The notes: generated by a model from the letters alone, not told the origin. Shown: positions 10,068 through 22,022, counted from the first letter of the whole stretch. The stretch: 61,711 nucleotides of DNA, filler included, from 13 parts of 13 records of this genome joined end to end with filler, not necessarily neighbours in it; one strand, 5' to 3'. Program-made: numbers and translations.

Positions 10068-11846
10068 ATGGGCTGCCGGAGTTCACAGCACGAGTATGAT
10101 TACGACCTATGCGTGATCGGCGGCGGCTCCGGAGGCATCTCAGCAGCAAAGTTTGCCGCCGAGTTCGGGGCTCGCACCGTGCTGGTTGAGGCTAATACGA
10201 TAGGCGGTGACTGGCTTAGGTATGGCTGCCGCAGCGCTGACGCCGGCTGTGCACTCAAGGTGACTGCACTTGGACTGGCTGTGTCCCCAGCAAGGCCCTG
10301 ATCAAATCGGCCAAAATAGCCCATCAGGTGCGCAACGCCGCCAAGTACGGCGTCGCTAGCGCTGGGGAGCCCGCTGCAGACCTGGCTGCAATCAACAGGC
10401 AGATCTCGGAGATACAGGAACGCATCTACCAGCACGGCGAGTCGCCCGAGGTGCTCCAACGGCTCGGGGTGCACACAGTACTCGGCCACCCGGCAAAGTT
10501 CGTTGACCCGCACACAGTGCAGGCTGGCCCAACCTGGCTGACTGCCCGCTGCTTCGTACTGTGCACCGGGGCCAAGCCGGTGACTCCGCCGATCAACGGG
10601 CTGGAGAGCGTCAACTATATCACCTACGAGCACGTCTTCAAGCTCACTAAGCTACCTGGTAGACTGGCGGTGGTCGGAGGCGGTCCTATCGGTGCCGAGC
10701 TCGCACAGGCCTTCAGCAGGCTCGGCTCGGCTGTGACTATTGTGGCTCGCGCGCTGCTGCCGCGGGACGAACCGAGCGTGAGCGCGACGATGCGCCGGGT
10801 GTTTGAGGCCGAAGGGATTGAACTGGTGGCTGGCCGAGCGCAGAGCGTGCGGGCCGAGTCAGATCAGACGATCCGAATCACGGTGGAGCTGAGCCAGGGA
10901 GGGCAGACAGAGCTCAGCTGTGACACGCTGCTCCTCGCGGCCGGCCGGTGGGAGCAGCCTGCAGTGGGGCTGGATCGTGTGGCAGGTCGCCGAATCTTGG
11001 TGGGCTCGATCTGGAGAATGCGGGCGTGTCGACTGTGAGTGAGCTCGGGCTAGCGGTGGATCGGCACTTTCGGACCAATCAAAAGCACATCTTTGCCGTG
11101 GGCGACTGCACGGGCGGGCCTCAGTTCACGCATTGGGCAGGCACGCAAGGCTCGCTCGCCGCTAGGTGCGCTCTATAGATGTACCGGTATAGGCCGATTG
11201 GTTGCTGTGTGGCTGACAGCAACGCGCTGATGCCTGTTGATTCGACGCTGGACTCTGCCAACCCTTGGTGCACCTTCACTGACCCAGAAGTAGCGCACGT
11301 GGGACTCACTTGCGACCAGGCCAGGCGCGAGCACGGCGAGGCTGCGGTCGGGCATACACTAGCTAGTGAGGTTGCCGGCTGAGCTCGGTTGCTGGCAGAT
11401 GTGTGCGGAGGTGCCGCTTGCTGAAGTGGATCGAGCGCTGTGTGAGAGGGAGAGCGCTGGGTTCGCCCAACTTGTCTACCTGGGGCCTGGGCCGGGCAAG
11501 CTTCTCGGTGCGACGCTGGTCTCGCCGGCTGCAGGTGGCGCCTGTATGACGAGCTGCCGATTCTCAGTGTTTCACATGCATGCCAGGCGAAATACTAGCG
11601 GAGCTGTGCCTGGCTATCAATAACGGACTCACTGTCAAGCATCTTGCGATGTCGGTGCACGCGTACCCGTCATTTTCATTCATGATTCAAGTGCTAGCAG
11701 CCAAAGTGATGACCGCTGCTTTAGCCAAGCAGTACCCACCAAATGGATGTGTGCGAGCGTGTTGTGGGCCACCAATGGCAAAAGAAAAGGAGGACGAAGA
11801 AGAAGCAAAAACAATCGCAAGTGTGCAGCCAACAAAACAAAGCTAG
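10068..11846 (+). CDS. Mercuric-reductase-like class I pyridine nucleotide-disulfide oxidoreductase, 5 introns
   Basis: Splicing out 10207-10259, 10948-10985, 11166-11219, 11347-11398 and 11535-11586 gives IGGGSGG, GGDCTWTGCVPSK, VGGGPIGAE, FAVGD and VHAYP. Confidence 0.85.
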
Positions 11847-11961
11847 CCAAAAACGAATGTCTAGATTACATACAGATTATACAGATTACATGTACATCCC
11901 GCGCCCTATACGTCCCCTAGTCAGATTGGGAACTACTTGCTGCTGGTACTTGAAATATATT

Positions 11962-13602
11962 TTAAGAGCAGACTCGGACGTGATCAACCGCAAAGTACAT
12001 CGGGCTTGCGTCGCCGATATTGACAGGCACGTCGTTCATTACGCAAGCGGTGAGCGCAAGAAAAAGCGGCTGCTGGATCCACTCAATGCTTTGCTCCTGC
12101 CAGACCGACGACCGATTGGCTGCAGCGCAGTCATCCGCCCATGTCTGGGCGCTCCATTCGCTTACCAATTCATCGTCAACCCAGATCCGAGCAAATGTCG
12201 GCCGCCACTCCAGTGTGTATGTGTGCATCACCAGCGAGCTGCAAGCACCACCTGGTGCATTTGGTGGAAAGCCTGCACCCGGTGGCGGCGGACAAGTGCT
12301 AGTCAGTTGGGCGCCGTTGCCGGCATGCAGCACGGGTGGGGGATTGGCTCCGCCATACCAGCTCGCCCAACCATATGGCATGGGGTGTGGTGTTGCACAC
12401 GGCGCGGAGTAGAATGGCTGGATTAGTTTACCACTAGGGTCCACTTGGCCGATTCGCCACTGCCAGTTCGCAACAGGGTCATTTGGGCTTGAAGGGTAGA
12501 GAAACAAACTCATGTTCGCATGTCCATTCAGATCGAACCTCCGCGATCCCGGCACTGGTGAGTAGCAGCCGTTCAACTCCGGGCTTCCCGCTCCAGCTGC
12601 GATATACCCGCCCTCGCACGCTGAGGTCGGCACCCCTGGAGGTGATCTCAACCTAGCAGGCAGCGCCTCGTCCCCAGCTAAGAAAGGGCCAGAGCATATC
12701 TCGCAGTATTCTGACATATTGGTATAGAGATTCGGCCGCTCATCGCCGGTGAAATGATAGTTCTGACTCCCGATCTCCCAGATATCAAACTCTTCGGGGC
12801 AGTTACAGCTGCGCGCTTGCTCGCCGGTTGGGACGGGCACCGATCCAAAGAGCCACCAGGTGTTGTGCGACTGGAACGCGAACGGCTGACGGGCGAGCTC
12901 GCCGACATGGTGCGGGCAGTAGTAGGGCATCGCGCGAATCGAGAAGATGCCATACTGCTGGCTAAACAGGTTCGAGCTGTTGACAGCACCTGAGCTGACG
13001 AACCATTCTTGGCCGTTCTTTGTGGTGTTTTGGGGCGCAGTCTTGAGCAGCAGCAACCCGTCCTTGACCTGCACATTTGCTGGGTCGTACAGTCCTCCGC
13101 GATGCGGCTGGTCTAGGGCTTGCCAGATCGACCGGTTCAGCTGGCTGCCATTGAAGTCATCGAACAAGGTCTGCTTGGTGCACACTGGAGGTGGCAGGGC
13201 CCCGCAGCAACCCCCAGGGCACGTCAGAGTGCACGCACAGAACGGAGGACGCCGTCCGGGAGTGCACTCAGGCAGAGGGTCCGGCAAGCCCATCGCGTGC
13301 AACAGCCAGCGCCGCAGAGCCGAGCGGGCCGGTGACGGCCTTAGCAGCCAGCCATCGTTGTGATTCCGAAATCCGGAGTCAACAAAAGTAAAATTGGCCG
13401 TATGGAGCAGCCCCGATTGCTCTACAAACTGACGCTGAACGTTGGTGGCGATGTCGCACTCGGCCGTTACAAATATCGGCCGGCCTGCTGCACGCTGGTA
13501 CCTCGCTGCGGCTGCCTGCAGGTCCGCTCCGGGGTACCCCCAGTTAGTCATCCCGTCTATATGAGAGAACGGTATGAATCCTCTCCACAGACCGGCGATT
13601 GT
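11962..13602 (-). CDS. GH16-family glycoside hydrolase, 5'-truncated, preceded by another domain
   Basis: FDDFNGSQLN..W, EFDIWE (ExDxxE catalytic motif), HTYTLEW and VDHVRV. Frame is open to the contig end. Confidence 0.8.
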   Translation of the reverse strand, partial: TIAGLWRGFIPFSHIDGMTNWGYPGADLQAAAARYQRAAGRPIFVTAECDIATNVQRQFVEQSGLLHTANFTFVDSGFRNHNDGWLLRPSPARSALRRWLLHAMGLPDPLPECTPGRRPPFCACTLTCPGGCCGALPPPVCTKQTLFDDFNGSQLNRSIWQALDQPHRGGLYDPANVQVKDGLLLLKTAPQNTTKNGQEWFVSSGAVNSSNLFSQQYGIFSIRAMPYYCPHHVGELARQPFAFQSHNTWWLFGSVPVPTGEQARSCNCPEEFDIWEIGSQNYHFTGDERPNLYTNMSEYCEICSGPFLAGDEALPARLRSPPGVPTSACEGGYIAAGAGSPELNGCYSPVPGSRRFDLNGHANMSLFLYPSSPNDPVANWQWRIGQVDPSGKLIQPFYSAPCATPHPMPYGWASWYGGANPPPVLHAGNGAQLTSTCPPPPGAGFPPNAPGGACSSLVMHTYTLEWRPTFARIWVDDELVSEWSAQTWADDCAAANRSSVWQEQSIEWIQQPLFLALTACVMNDVPVNIGDASPMYFAVDHVRVCS

Positions 13603-13702
13603 NNNNNNNNNNNNNNNNNNNNNNNNNNNNNNNNNNNNNNNNNNNNTTAATTAATTAANNNNNNNNNNNNNNNNNNNNNNNNNNNNNNNNNNNNNNNNNN
13701 NN

Positions 13703-13926
13703 CCCGGTTCCAGCCTTGGCACATCGAGCTCTTTCGCCAGCTCTGGGTGGGTGGCAGCCATCGAGAGCTCGCTCGATCTGGGGCGACGGGGCTTCGGGCC
13801 CTTGCTGGGTGCCGTACTGAGCTGGGGGCTCGATACCCCCACCCGGGGCTTTCCTGGCCATCGCAGGCTCGCGCGGGCCAGGCCCCGAGGCCCGGCTCTG
13901 ATCCACAGTCTCACGACGGCGTTCAT
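13703..13926 (-). CDS. N-terminal fragment of a probable zinc-ribbon (DUF4379-like) repeat protein
   Basis: Arg-rich leader, then SMAATHPELAKE, which resembles the start of that repeat. Truncated by the contig end. Confidence 0.4.
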
Positions 13927-14116
13927 GGCGAGCACCGGCTGCGCTCGATGTCAGCGGGTCACGACGCCTACGAGGCAGCGTGCTGCCGACCGCAGAGTGC
14001 CAAGAAGGCCATGCACCAGGCGCCGCGGAGTCCATCGGCTGAGGGATGCTGTCCATCAGCTCCACACAATCGGTGTCCGTTACTCAAGTCGGTTGGGGCG
14101 AGTGAGTCACAAGACC

Positions 14117-16780
14117 ATGCAGGCACCACGCGCTGTGCTGATGAGCCTGTTGCTCGCGACGTCACAGCCGATCGGCACGCATGCACTGGAACCGCCCAGC
14201 GCGTTCACGCTGGCCAGTGGCGGCAAACCGGCCACCGCCATCTACATCCGCGGCAACCTGTCCTCCTTCGCGGCCTCCGAGCTGATGATGTACACCCAGA
14301 AGCTGAGCGGCGGAGCCCAGCTGCGCGTCCTGCAGGAGGGCGAGCACGGTGCCTCGAGCGGGGTGTTCGTAGGCAACACCAGCCAGCTGGCGCTGGACTT
14401 CCCCAAATTCGACCCCGCCTCGTCAGTTGGAGGCGAAGGCTACGCCCATCTGGTCACGGCCGATGCCCGGCGGCTGTTCATCGTCGGCGACGACCGCTGC
14501 CTGAACTCCGAGACTGAGTACGGCCGGTGCCGGATGGGTACGACCTACGGGGTGTACGGGCTGCTGCGGGACTCACTGGGTGTGCGGTGGCTATGGCCCG
14601 GTGAGTCCGGTGAGCTGATCCCCCCACCGGACGCAGCCGGGTTGGTGCAGATACCGCTATCCAAACTCAACAGTACCTCGTCCCCAGCCTTGCGGTACAG
14701 GAACCTGCGACCGGCCTACAATGCGCGGTGGGGCGCGGATTATTACCAGCCTCTGGCCAGTATCACAGGCTACACTGAGCAGATCAGGCAATACAATTAC
14801 GAGCGGGAGATGGCCTGGAAGCTCCGAATGATGAACGGTGCTCATGACACGCCGTCTGGGGGCGAAGGAATGACTGCGCGGCTCTGGAGCGAGTACCAGA
14901 TAAAACGCGGCAGCTATCAGTCCTCACATCCGGGTTACTTCGCGCTGCTGCCCAATTCGACTAACCGCGGACCAGTCAACTTGAACGAGCCCAAGTATAC
15001 ACACATGTGCGTCTCGAATTCGTCATTGCAGCGAACGATTGTGGACCGTGCCATGCCTTCGCTACTAGACGGTGGGTTCAGCGTGTCGAGTGTGGATGAC
15101 GATGGCGGGGATGGATTCTGCACGTGCTCCAAGTGCCGTGCCTTGGACCGGGCGCACGCCCTTCCTGTCCAGTGGGATGGCTCGTGCACGGCACACGGCA
15201 TCAACTCATCCACAAGCGCCTTGTCTGAGAGATATGTTCACTTCAACAACGCGCTTAGCGACCAAGTGAAGCAAAGGCTCCCAAACCGGAGTGACATTTG
15301 GACTATTTACTATGCCTACGAGTGCTATAAAGACCCGCCTGTGTCCGGACTGAAACTCCGCCCCAACACACTGGCCTCCCTCACTACGTTCAACTCGTAC
15401 CCACGCGCAAACACTTCTGGTTTGTGTGCGGATCCTCCGTGTCTCACAGACCGCGAGCGCTGGATGGGCTGGTATCAAGCTGGCGCTCGAGGGCTGGTGG
15501 TCAGACCAAACTCGCTATACTACTTGGGATACGGGATGCCATTTGATGCGAGCCAGCAGCTCACAGAAGATTTCCAATTCTGCGGCGACAATAGACTGCT
15601 AGGGGCGGACTTTGACAGCTTGATTGGCGATTTCAGCACTGTCGGTCCAACGTACTATGTGCTGGCACGCCTGATGTGGCAGCCATCATCGAATGCAAGT
15701 TCGATCCGCAAAATTGAAGACGAGTACTTCCTTGCATTTGGCAGCGCTGCCGTGTATGTTCGAGAGTACTGGGATCTGTGGCGCAATTTTACAATCAACA
15801 CATGGGGAGGCAACAGGGCCACCCAAATGCGCCAGGCACTGGGTGGAGAGTCTCGGGCTAGAATGCGTATTGCATCCCAGGTGTACAGCAGCCAACTTTT
15901 CGGACAGGCCGCTGGCATTTTAGAGAAGGCAGCTGCTACTGTTCTGTCCGCGGAAGCCGGCACTCTGGACAGAATCAGATTCCTGAGCACAGGACTTGAA
16001 CACGGTAGATTGACTTTTGAGTCATATGCTGCTGTGAACAGCAGCCTGTGCACTAAAGGTGCTACACTCCAGTATCCAGTTGGCTGGAACAGCGCATATG
16101 TGTGCGATGTTCGCAACGTGATTCCAGCGGCCCGCAGAATGCTTGCCTTTCGCTTCGAGGCTGCGAACACGAGCGCTGTGAATGTGTATTGGGCTTCGCA
16201 CGCTGAGATAGCTTGTGGCGATGGTTGCTCTGGTGTGACCCTAGCAGGAGAGGTCAATAATTTGCCCAAGGCGTCCGAATTCAATCCTCTCCTCACTCTT
16301 TCATCGTATCAATGGTGGTTCAAATTCGATCCAACAAATGAAGGTATAGGTCTGGGCTATTGGAATCCTGCGACAAGGCCATACAAAAAGTACAACTTCA
16401 CTTTCGAGATATCTACCCTTCGTAACTGGACTTCATCCGATCAAGATGCAGACTGGCGGCGGCTTCATAACACTTCATTCACAGGCACAGGTTGGTACAT
16501 TTCATCAATACGGTGTCCACACGCCTGCCCACCCATGAGCATCACGGGGGGGAAACTCCAATATGGGCTCGCATTTAGCAGCAGCACAGGGCCGATACAA
16601 GCGTGGTTAGATGGCACGGAGCTACCATCAGCAAATGACTGGCAAGAACCCGGAGATAAGCCTTTATTATTTGGGCCGTTTGAGGCCTCTTCAAAGCTCG
16701 TGAGCAGCTCTGTAATGATCGCAGCGCGCGTTTCAGGGAATGTGGGGCTCGATGGGAGAGTTTGGTTAGTTCAGTGGTAG
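14117..16780 (+). CDS. Secreted DUF4838-domain, glycoside-hydrolase-like protein
   Basis: Signal-like N-terminus, GTTYGVYGLL..LGVRWLWPG, HPGYFAL, CVSN, FCTC..C and YVLARLMW motifs. C-terminal WWFKFDP...GTGWY module. Intronless. Confidence 0.75.
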   Translation: MQAPRAVLMSLLLATSQPIGTHALEPPSAFTLASGGKPATAIYIRGNLSSFAASELMMYTQKLSGGAQLRVLQEGEHGASSGVFVGNTSQLALDFPKFDPASSVGGEGYAHLVTADARRLFIVGDDRCLNSETEYGRCRMGTTYGVYGLLRDSLGVRWLWPGESGELIPPPDAAGLVQIPLSKLNSTSSPALRYRNLRPAYNARWGADYYQPLASITGYTEQIRQYNYEREMAWKLRMMNGAHDTPSGGEGMTARLWSEYQIKRGSYQSSHPGYFALLPNSTNRGPVNLNEPKYTHMCVSNSSLQRTIVDRAMPSLLDGGFSVSSVDDDGGDGFCTCSKCRALDRAHALPVQWDGSCTAHGINSSTSALSERYVHFNNALSDQVKQRLPNRSDIWTIYYAYECYKDPPVSGLKLRPNTLASLTTFNSYPRANTSGLCADPPCLTDRERWMGWYQAGARGLVVRPNSLYYLGYGMPFDASQQLTEDFQFCGDNRLLGADFDSLIGDFSTVGPTYYVLARLMWQPSSNASSIRKIEDEYFLAFGSAAVYVREYWDLWRNFTINTWGGNRATQMRQALGGESRARMRIASQVYSSQLFGQAAGILEKAAATVLSAEAGTLDRIRFLSTGLEHGRLTFESYAAVNSSLCTKGATLQYPVGWNSAYVCDVRNVIPAARRMLAFRFEAANTSAVNVYWASHAEIACGDGCSGVTLAGEVNNLPKASEFNPLLTLSSYQWWFKFDPTNEGIGLGYWNPATRPYKKYNFTFEISTLRNWTSSDQDADWRRLHNTSFTGTGWYISSIRCPHACPPMSITGGKLQYGLAFSSSTGPIQAWLDGTELPSANDWQEPGDKPLLFGPFEASSKLVSSSVMIAARVSGNVGLDGRVWLVQW

Positions 16781-16804
16781 CATAGTGGTGGCATAGTGGT
16801 GGCA
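16774..16804. repeat. N9-TA-N9-TA-N9 duplication
   Basis: GTGGTAGCA-TA-GTGGTGGCA-TA-GTGGTGGCA. Confidence 0.9.
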
Positions 16805-16911
16805 TGCAGTTGAATGCGACTAAATTTCGATCGCGTATACAAGTATGTAGTAAGTACCGCATGTCGACTAGCTTTCGATTTAATTAATGACCTGAGCCTC
16901 GGGATAACTAG

Positions 16912-16931
16912 CTAGGAACCTACTAGGAACC
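16912..16931. repeat. N9-TA-N9 duplication
   Basis: CTAGGAACC-TA-CTAGGAACC. Confidence 0.9.
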
Positions 16932-16954
16932 TTGCCGTGCGATTCCTTTGCGGA

Positions 16955-19900
16955 TTAAAAGCCGTAGTCATAGCAATCGAAAACGTTGAGATCATATTGA
17001 GTCCAGTCAAACTCCTTCATCTGGAGTATCAATGGGTGGTCCTCCGGCAGCACCGGTTCAATATACTCATTCATTCGTTGAACAAACCTGCAACAGCTCG
17101 TTAGGGCTATTGCGCCAAACCCGCCCTCACCGTTTGGCATAGTATCCCGGTGGGGAAGACGAGACAGCATACCGTCCTTTCCGGAGCAGACGAACCTTCG
17201 CAAACTGCTCTAAAGCTTTGCCGCAAGTGAATTCTTGGGAGATGTCAATCAACGAAAAATAAAAGCACTCGTTTTCCAAGGTGCTCCGAAGGCAGTGCAA
17301 TGGGTGGACCCCCAGCGGAAGCACGCCATAGTACCGGCCGCGGCACACCATCATGCTGTAGTCCATCACCCGTTCTGAGGCCAGAAACTGCACGTCGCAA
17401 AAGATCGATTTCATCAGCTCCTCCTTGTCCTCCAGCGATACCGAAATCGGTCGTGAGAATTCGTGCATGTCTTGCTCATAGTCCTGATCGAGCAAGGTGC
17501 CGTGATACTGCCCCTCGCCCGTCCACTGACTATGAATCGTCGAGTCATCCCGGAAAGAGTTCTTCGCAGTGCGTTCTATCCTACCAGAGGTGGAGCCCTT
17601 CAGGTCGTACTTTGCAAATACGTTCTTGTAGGGAGCCACGTTGTACATGACCAGGAACGGGTGCAGGTCTTGCATGGGGCGCATCCTAATCTTGTACAGC
17701 CCAGCGACTCGCAGCAGCAGCGATTTGCTGTGCTTGATGCAGTGGGCTGAATATGACTTCATAAACCCTTCCAAGAACGCCATCTCGTCGTCTTCAATCA
17801 TCTTGAACAATAGCTTGTCATTGGACGAAAAGTATAACGGCGCCCCCGATTTGCCTCCAGTTTTCCACTTTTCGGAGATTAGTTTGGCAATATCATAGTC
17901 GCCATTTGGTGGCTCGACTTCAGCTAGGAATGTCTTCTCTGAACTGCTAAGGTGGCCGGCCTCTATGCTCGAGGATCGCCGGAAGTTGCTTTCGCCGATA
18001 TCCTTCTGCACTCGATGCCAAGACCTGCGCAGCTTCGCAAACATCGCGGGCTCTACGGCCTCGAACTCGTAATGACTCTTGCCCTGTTGCTTTTGGGGCC
18101 CAATTTCATCGAGCCAGGTATGTATCTTTGCAGAACCAAACGCATCTGGATACTCATAGCACTTACAGCCAATACCTGCATTCTGATCTATTGGGGGGGG
18201 CTCGTCCTCCGGCCCGAGGGCTGGCAAGTGCCCGTCCTCCCAGGAAGAAGCAAGCACTTCACGGTTGAACTCCTCTAACACTGTACGTCGGATCCCGTCA
18301 GCCATCAGATGCACCACCTCGGCCCGGAGGTAAAAGTCGTCCGACTTGGTGGCACGTTTCTTGCCCTTGGTGGCACGGCTGTGAGCTTGCTTCACCGTCA
18401 GGCTAGGGCTGCTCCGACGAGAGATGCGATTGATGTCCTCCTGATCCTCCTGATGCCCGTCATGCTGCCCACGATCTGGGGCATCGGCTTCATCATCGCG
18501 CACAAGTTTGGGTAGTGGGCGTAGCTCATTTGAGTGGACCGTCACGTTCTCCAACTCCATAGCAGCGTGCTCCTCGGCCTCCACTTTCTCCTCATTCTTC
18601 TTGCACGACTCCTTTGGACGGTAGCCCCACGACGACGGGCAGCACCACATCTTGGCCCGAAAACACGATTCTGCCACCAGCTTTAAGAAGGGAAGGCCGC
18701 CGGGGTTATGTTCAATCCAAAGAGCAGTGTGCAGCAACGCGTGGCCCAGTATCACGATCCCAGTGGTGCACATGCCGGCCTGGCCCGTGCACCTATTGGA
18801 GAAATCTATAAATGCTGCGCAGGTTAGAAACAGTGCCCATACCACAGTGTTGCCCAGCAGGAAGTCCTTGCGAAATCGGAAGAGCCGAGCGCGAGTGTTG
18901 GAGGAGAAATCGGTTCCGACAGAGAGCGCAGCCCGGCCTAGGAAGAAGGCATACATGGCATACCCCATGGTGAAGATCAACGGAATAACAAACACTACAA
19001 AGAGGCCCAAGTACCGATCCATGAAAGATGTCTCAAGCACATCGTGCCTACTAATGTCGTACACTCTGCTGAACCGACGGGCAACCCACGGCCAGCCGAG
19101 CATAGAATACCCCATGAAAAAGTCTGTCTGCCCTGAACCCAACTGCAGCCCGAATCAGTCATCCATGACCACATGCGGCACTCACCGCAGCTATGCCCAC
19201 TTGCTGCATAGCAAATGTGCAGACAAAGACTCCCAAGATCATGAGGAAAGCAGTGACCCAGTTGAAGTGGCGCTTGAACGGGTTTCGAACTTGTTGAACT
19301 AAGTCATTTGCCACTCCCCAGAAGTAACAAATCTGAGTAAGCAGGAATATCTGATTAAAATACCCATACACCTCCGTGTTGGACCTGAACCTGCTTCCGA
19401 GCTCAGCCCACAGTCCAGCCCGGCGGACTACCCCTCGGCTGCCCAGACAAAGCAAGTGATGAAGAAGCAAGTTTCACACGTGACCATCCCAGCAATCAAG
19501 TCATATGGTCTATCACGGCCTTCCGGAGGTGAGAGGATGAAAGAAAGGAGCAAACCCACGTTGAGCACACATGCCAGCTGCACCGGCCGGTGGGCTGGCG
19601 GTTGGGACTCAGGGCACACCGCCATACAGCTCAGTACAAAGTACATTGTATCGTCGAACCGATCTTTAAACAAAGTGTTGTCGATTTCGCCAGAGTAATG
19701 ATATCTCGGCGGGACGTCGCCCGCGTACTGCTCAACAGGATCAGTCGCCTGCCCGGCAGCAGATCGGACCGTGCTAAAAGTAGGTGCCGGGGGGGGGGGC
19801 CAACAGCTTATCGTCGTCGGTTGTTGTGACTATCATCGAGGCTGGCCCGTTCAGCCCGGCGGTAGTGAGTGTCATAAAGCGGCTCCCGCGGTACGGGCAG

Positions 19901-20794
19901 GACTCGTAGTTGGCGGCCAGGGAGTAGACATATAGCGAGAGCATGGGGCAGTGCACATCGCACTGCGCGGCTCCCAGCCAGTACACGAAGCTATCAGCCT
20001 GGCATGGGAACCCCACGGCGATCTTGGTAGCCGCCACAAACGGCCAGTCGCCTTGCTTGCTGTCATCTGTCACAAATACCTGCTCCGGGCCGCTCAGGCC
20101 TGCCCGCGGCCACCCCAAAGCCTGGTCGCCATCCTGCCTATCGGCGCCGTCGGACATTTCGAATACAGAGTCTATGATGTTCTGGAGGAAGTCGCCGCAG
20201 TCTGAGTACCCGAGCTGGTAGGCTCTGTACGGCGTCAGGGTCTGTACGCCGCAGACGGTGATCGCCTGCCGGCCCGATCACTCGACGCGCCGCAGCCCAC
20301 GTACCGCGTTGGTGGTTGTATATATATCTCCCATCGCTGCCTGGTCCTGTGCGGCTGCGAGCCTAGCGTCGTTGCAGACCTGACCCGGGGCTCCAGCAAT
20401 CGTCGGCCGGTGGCCGGGCCTGCGTGTTGAACCGGCCGCCTTGCAGGTTGAGTTGGTAGATCATCGGCCCCAGCTCTTGCACGAGTGTGCCCAGCTTGGT
20501 CTCCACCGCCGTGTCTGCATTGATCGCCTGCAGCCGACGGTCAGGCCGACCCGGGGGGCTGGGCGCCTGGTAGAACCCAGTGAGCCCGATCTCGTTGCCC
20601 TGGTCGCAGAGGCAGTAGAGGAGGGTATCGTTGTTCAGGATGCCCTCCTCAACACCACCAGATATAGAGTAGTCGGTGTTGTGCCAGGTGCAGCAATCGG
20701 AGTACACCATCAGGCGTGGGTAAGCCGCGGTCGGCGACGGCGTATTCCCGACCGCCCCCACTACCAGCAGCAGCCCAGCCAACAGGCTGGACAT
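16955..20794 (-). CDS. Signal peptide + extracellular domain + multipass (GPCR-like) TM region + phosphatidylinositol-phosphate kinase domain
   Basis: PIPK motifs GGKSGAPLY, YDLKGS, MDYSMM and LIDISQEF. About 7 hydrophobic segments upstream. About 7 small introns (GT or GC donors) join ORFs 20363, 19774, 19428, 19159, 17127 and 16955. Confidence 0.8.
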
Positions 20795-20899
20795 CTTTCT
20801 CGAGACGGAGGCCAACTGAGCTGACGCGCTGCGCACGGGGCAGTGAGCTGCGAGGCCGAGGGGAAAGAACCACCGCCTCGCCGCAGCTATCGGGCGGAG

Positions 20900-22022
20900 A
20901 TGGCCGCCGCCCCGCCGCAGAAGCCGCAGGTGCTGGTGGTCGTGTTGGACGCGCACGTGCCGTCCTGGCTCACGGCCAGCCACTCGTTCGACTCGATGGT
21001 CCGCCCGGCTGAGCGCCCGGCTGAGCGCCCGGGCAGATGGAGGCTTTACTCGCCTTCCTGAACGCGTTCGTGCTGCTGCATCAGCACAACACCGTGGCGC
21101 TGGTGGCGGTGGACGGGGCCCGCTGGTGTGTAGAACCCCGGGCGCCTCGAGCCGGCCGGCAGCCGGAAGATCTACCCTCCGCCGGCGGGGAACTCCATAG
21201 AAGACGGGATGGGCGCCACAATTATAGCAGGGCTACAGCAGCTCTTCAGGGACGCAGGCGTCTACCCCGAGGGCCTGCCCGAGTTGACAGGCCGGCAGAT
21301 GCGGTCAATCAGACCGCGCAGACGGCCGGTGGGCCCAAGATGTCGAGCGGGCTAGCGTCAGCGCTGTGCCATCTGAATAGCATCCAGGAATCGGACGCTA
21401 AGCTGGAGCCGCGGATGCTGGTGCTGACCGCTTCGAGCGATACTTCCGCCCAGTACATTTCTATTATGAATTGCATCTTCGCGGCTCAGCGCATGGTGCT
21501 GGCGCTCACAGGCTGGACTGAAGGGGCTGCGGCAGGAAGCATACATAGACGCGTGCGTGCTCGGAGCGCAGGACTCGTGCTTCCTCCAGCAAGCCTGCCA
21601 CATCACAAGCGGCGTCTACTGGAGAGTGGCCCCAAAAGACTCAGCGCTACTGCAGTACCTCCTGGCGAGCAGCTGGGCCGCGCCGGAACTGACCGGGCCG
21701 GCAGACGGCGTTCTTGCCGGGCAGAGCCACCAGGTCGATCCTGCAGCTGCCCCAGCCTGAGACAATAGACCTGCGGGCCATGGCATTTGACACGAAGGCG
21801 CCGACGGACTTGGCGCACGTTTGCTCCGTTTGCCTGTCCAGTGCGGACGCTCCATGCCATTCACTGACCGGCTGGGGCAGTCTTTTCGAAAGAGATGAAG
21901 ACGTGCGCTACCTGCGGGTGAAGCTGGCAGCCGTCTTGCAGGAATGAGCGGTGTGCGCCTGCAGGGTGGAGTTTTCACCAAAACCCCAACGAGAAGAGCC
22001 GGGCAACGGGACCGCGAGCTAG
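20900..22022 (+). CDS. GTF2H3: TFIIH subunit p34/Tfb4, 7 introns
   Basis: LAFLNAF, ALCHLN, QYISIMNCIFAAQ, FLQQACHITSGVY and the C-terminal CSVCLSIF...CATCG after splicing out 20999-21036, 21126-21162, 21258-21298, 21496-21535, 21665-21704, 21841-21880 and 21918-21964. Confidence 0.92.
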
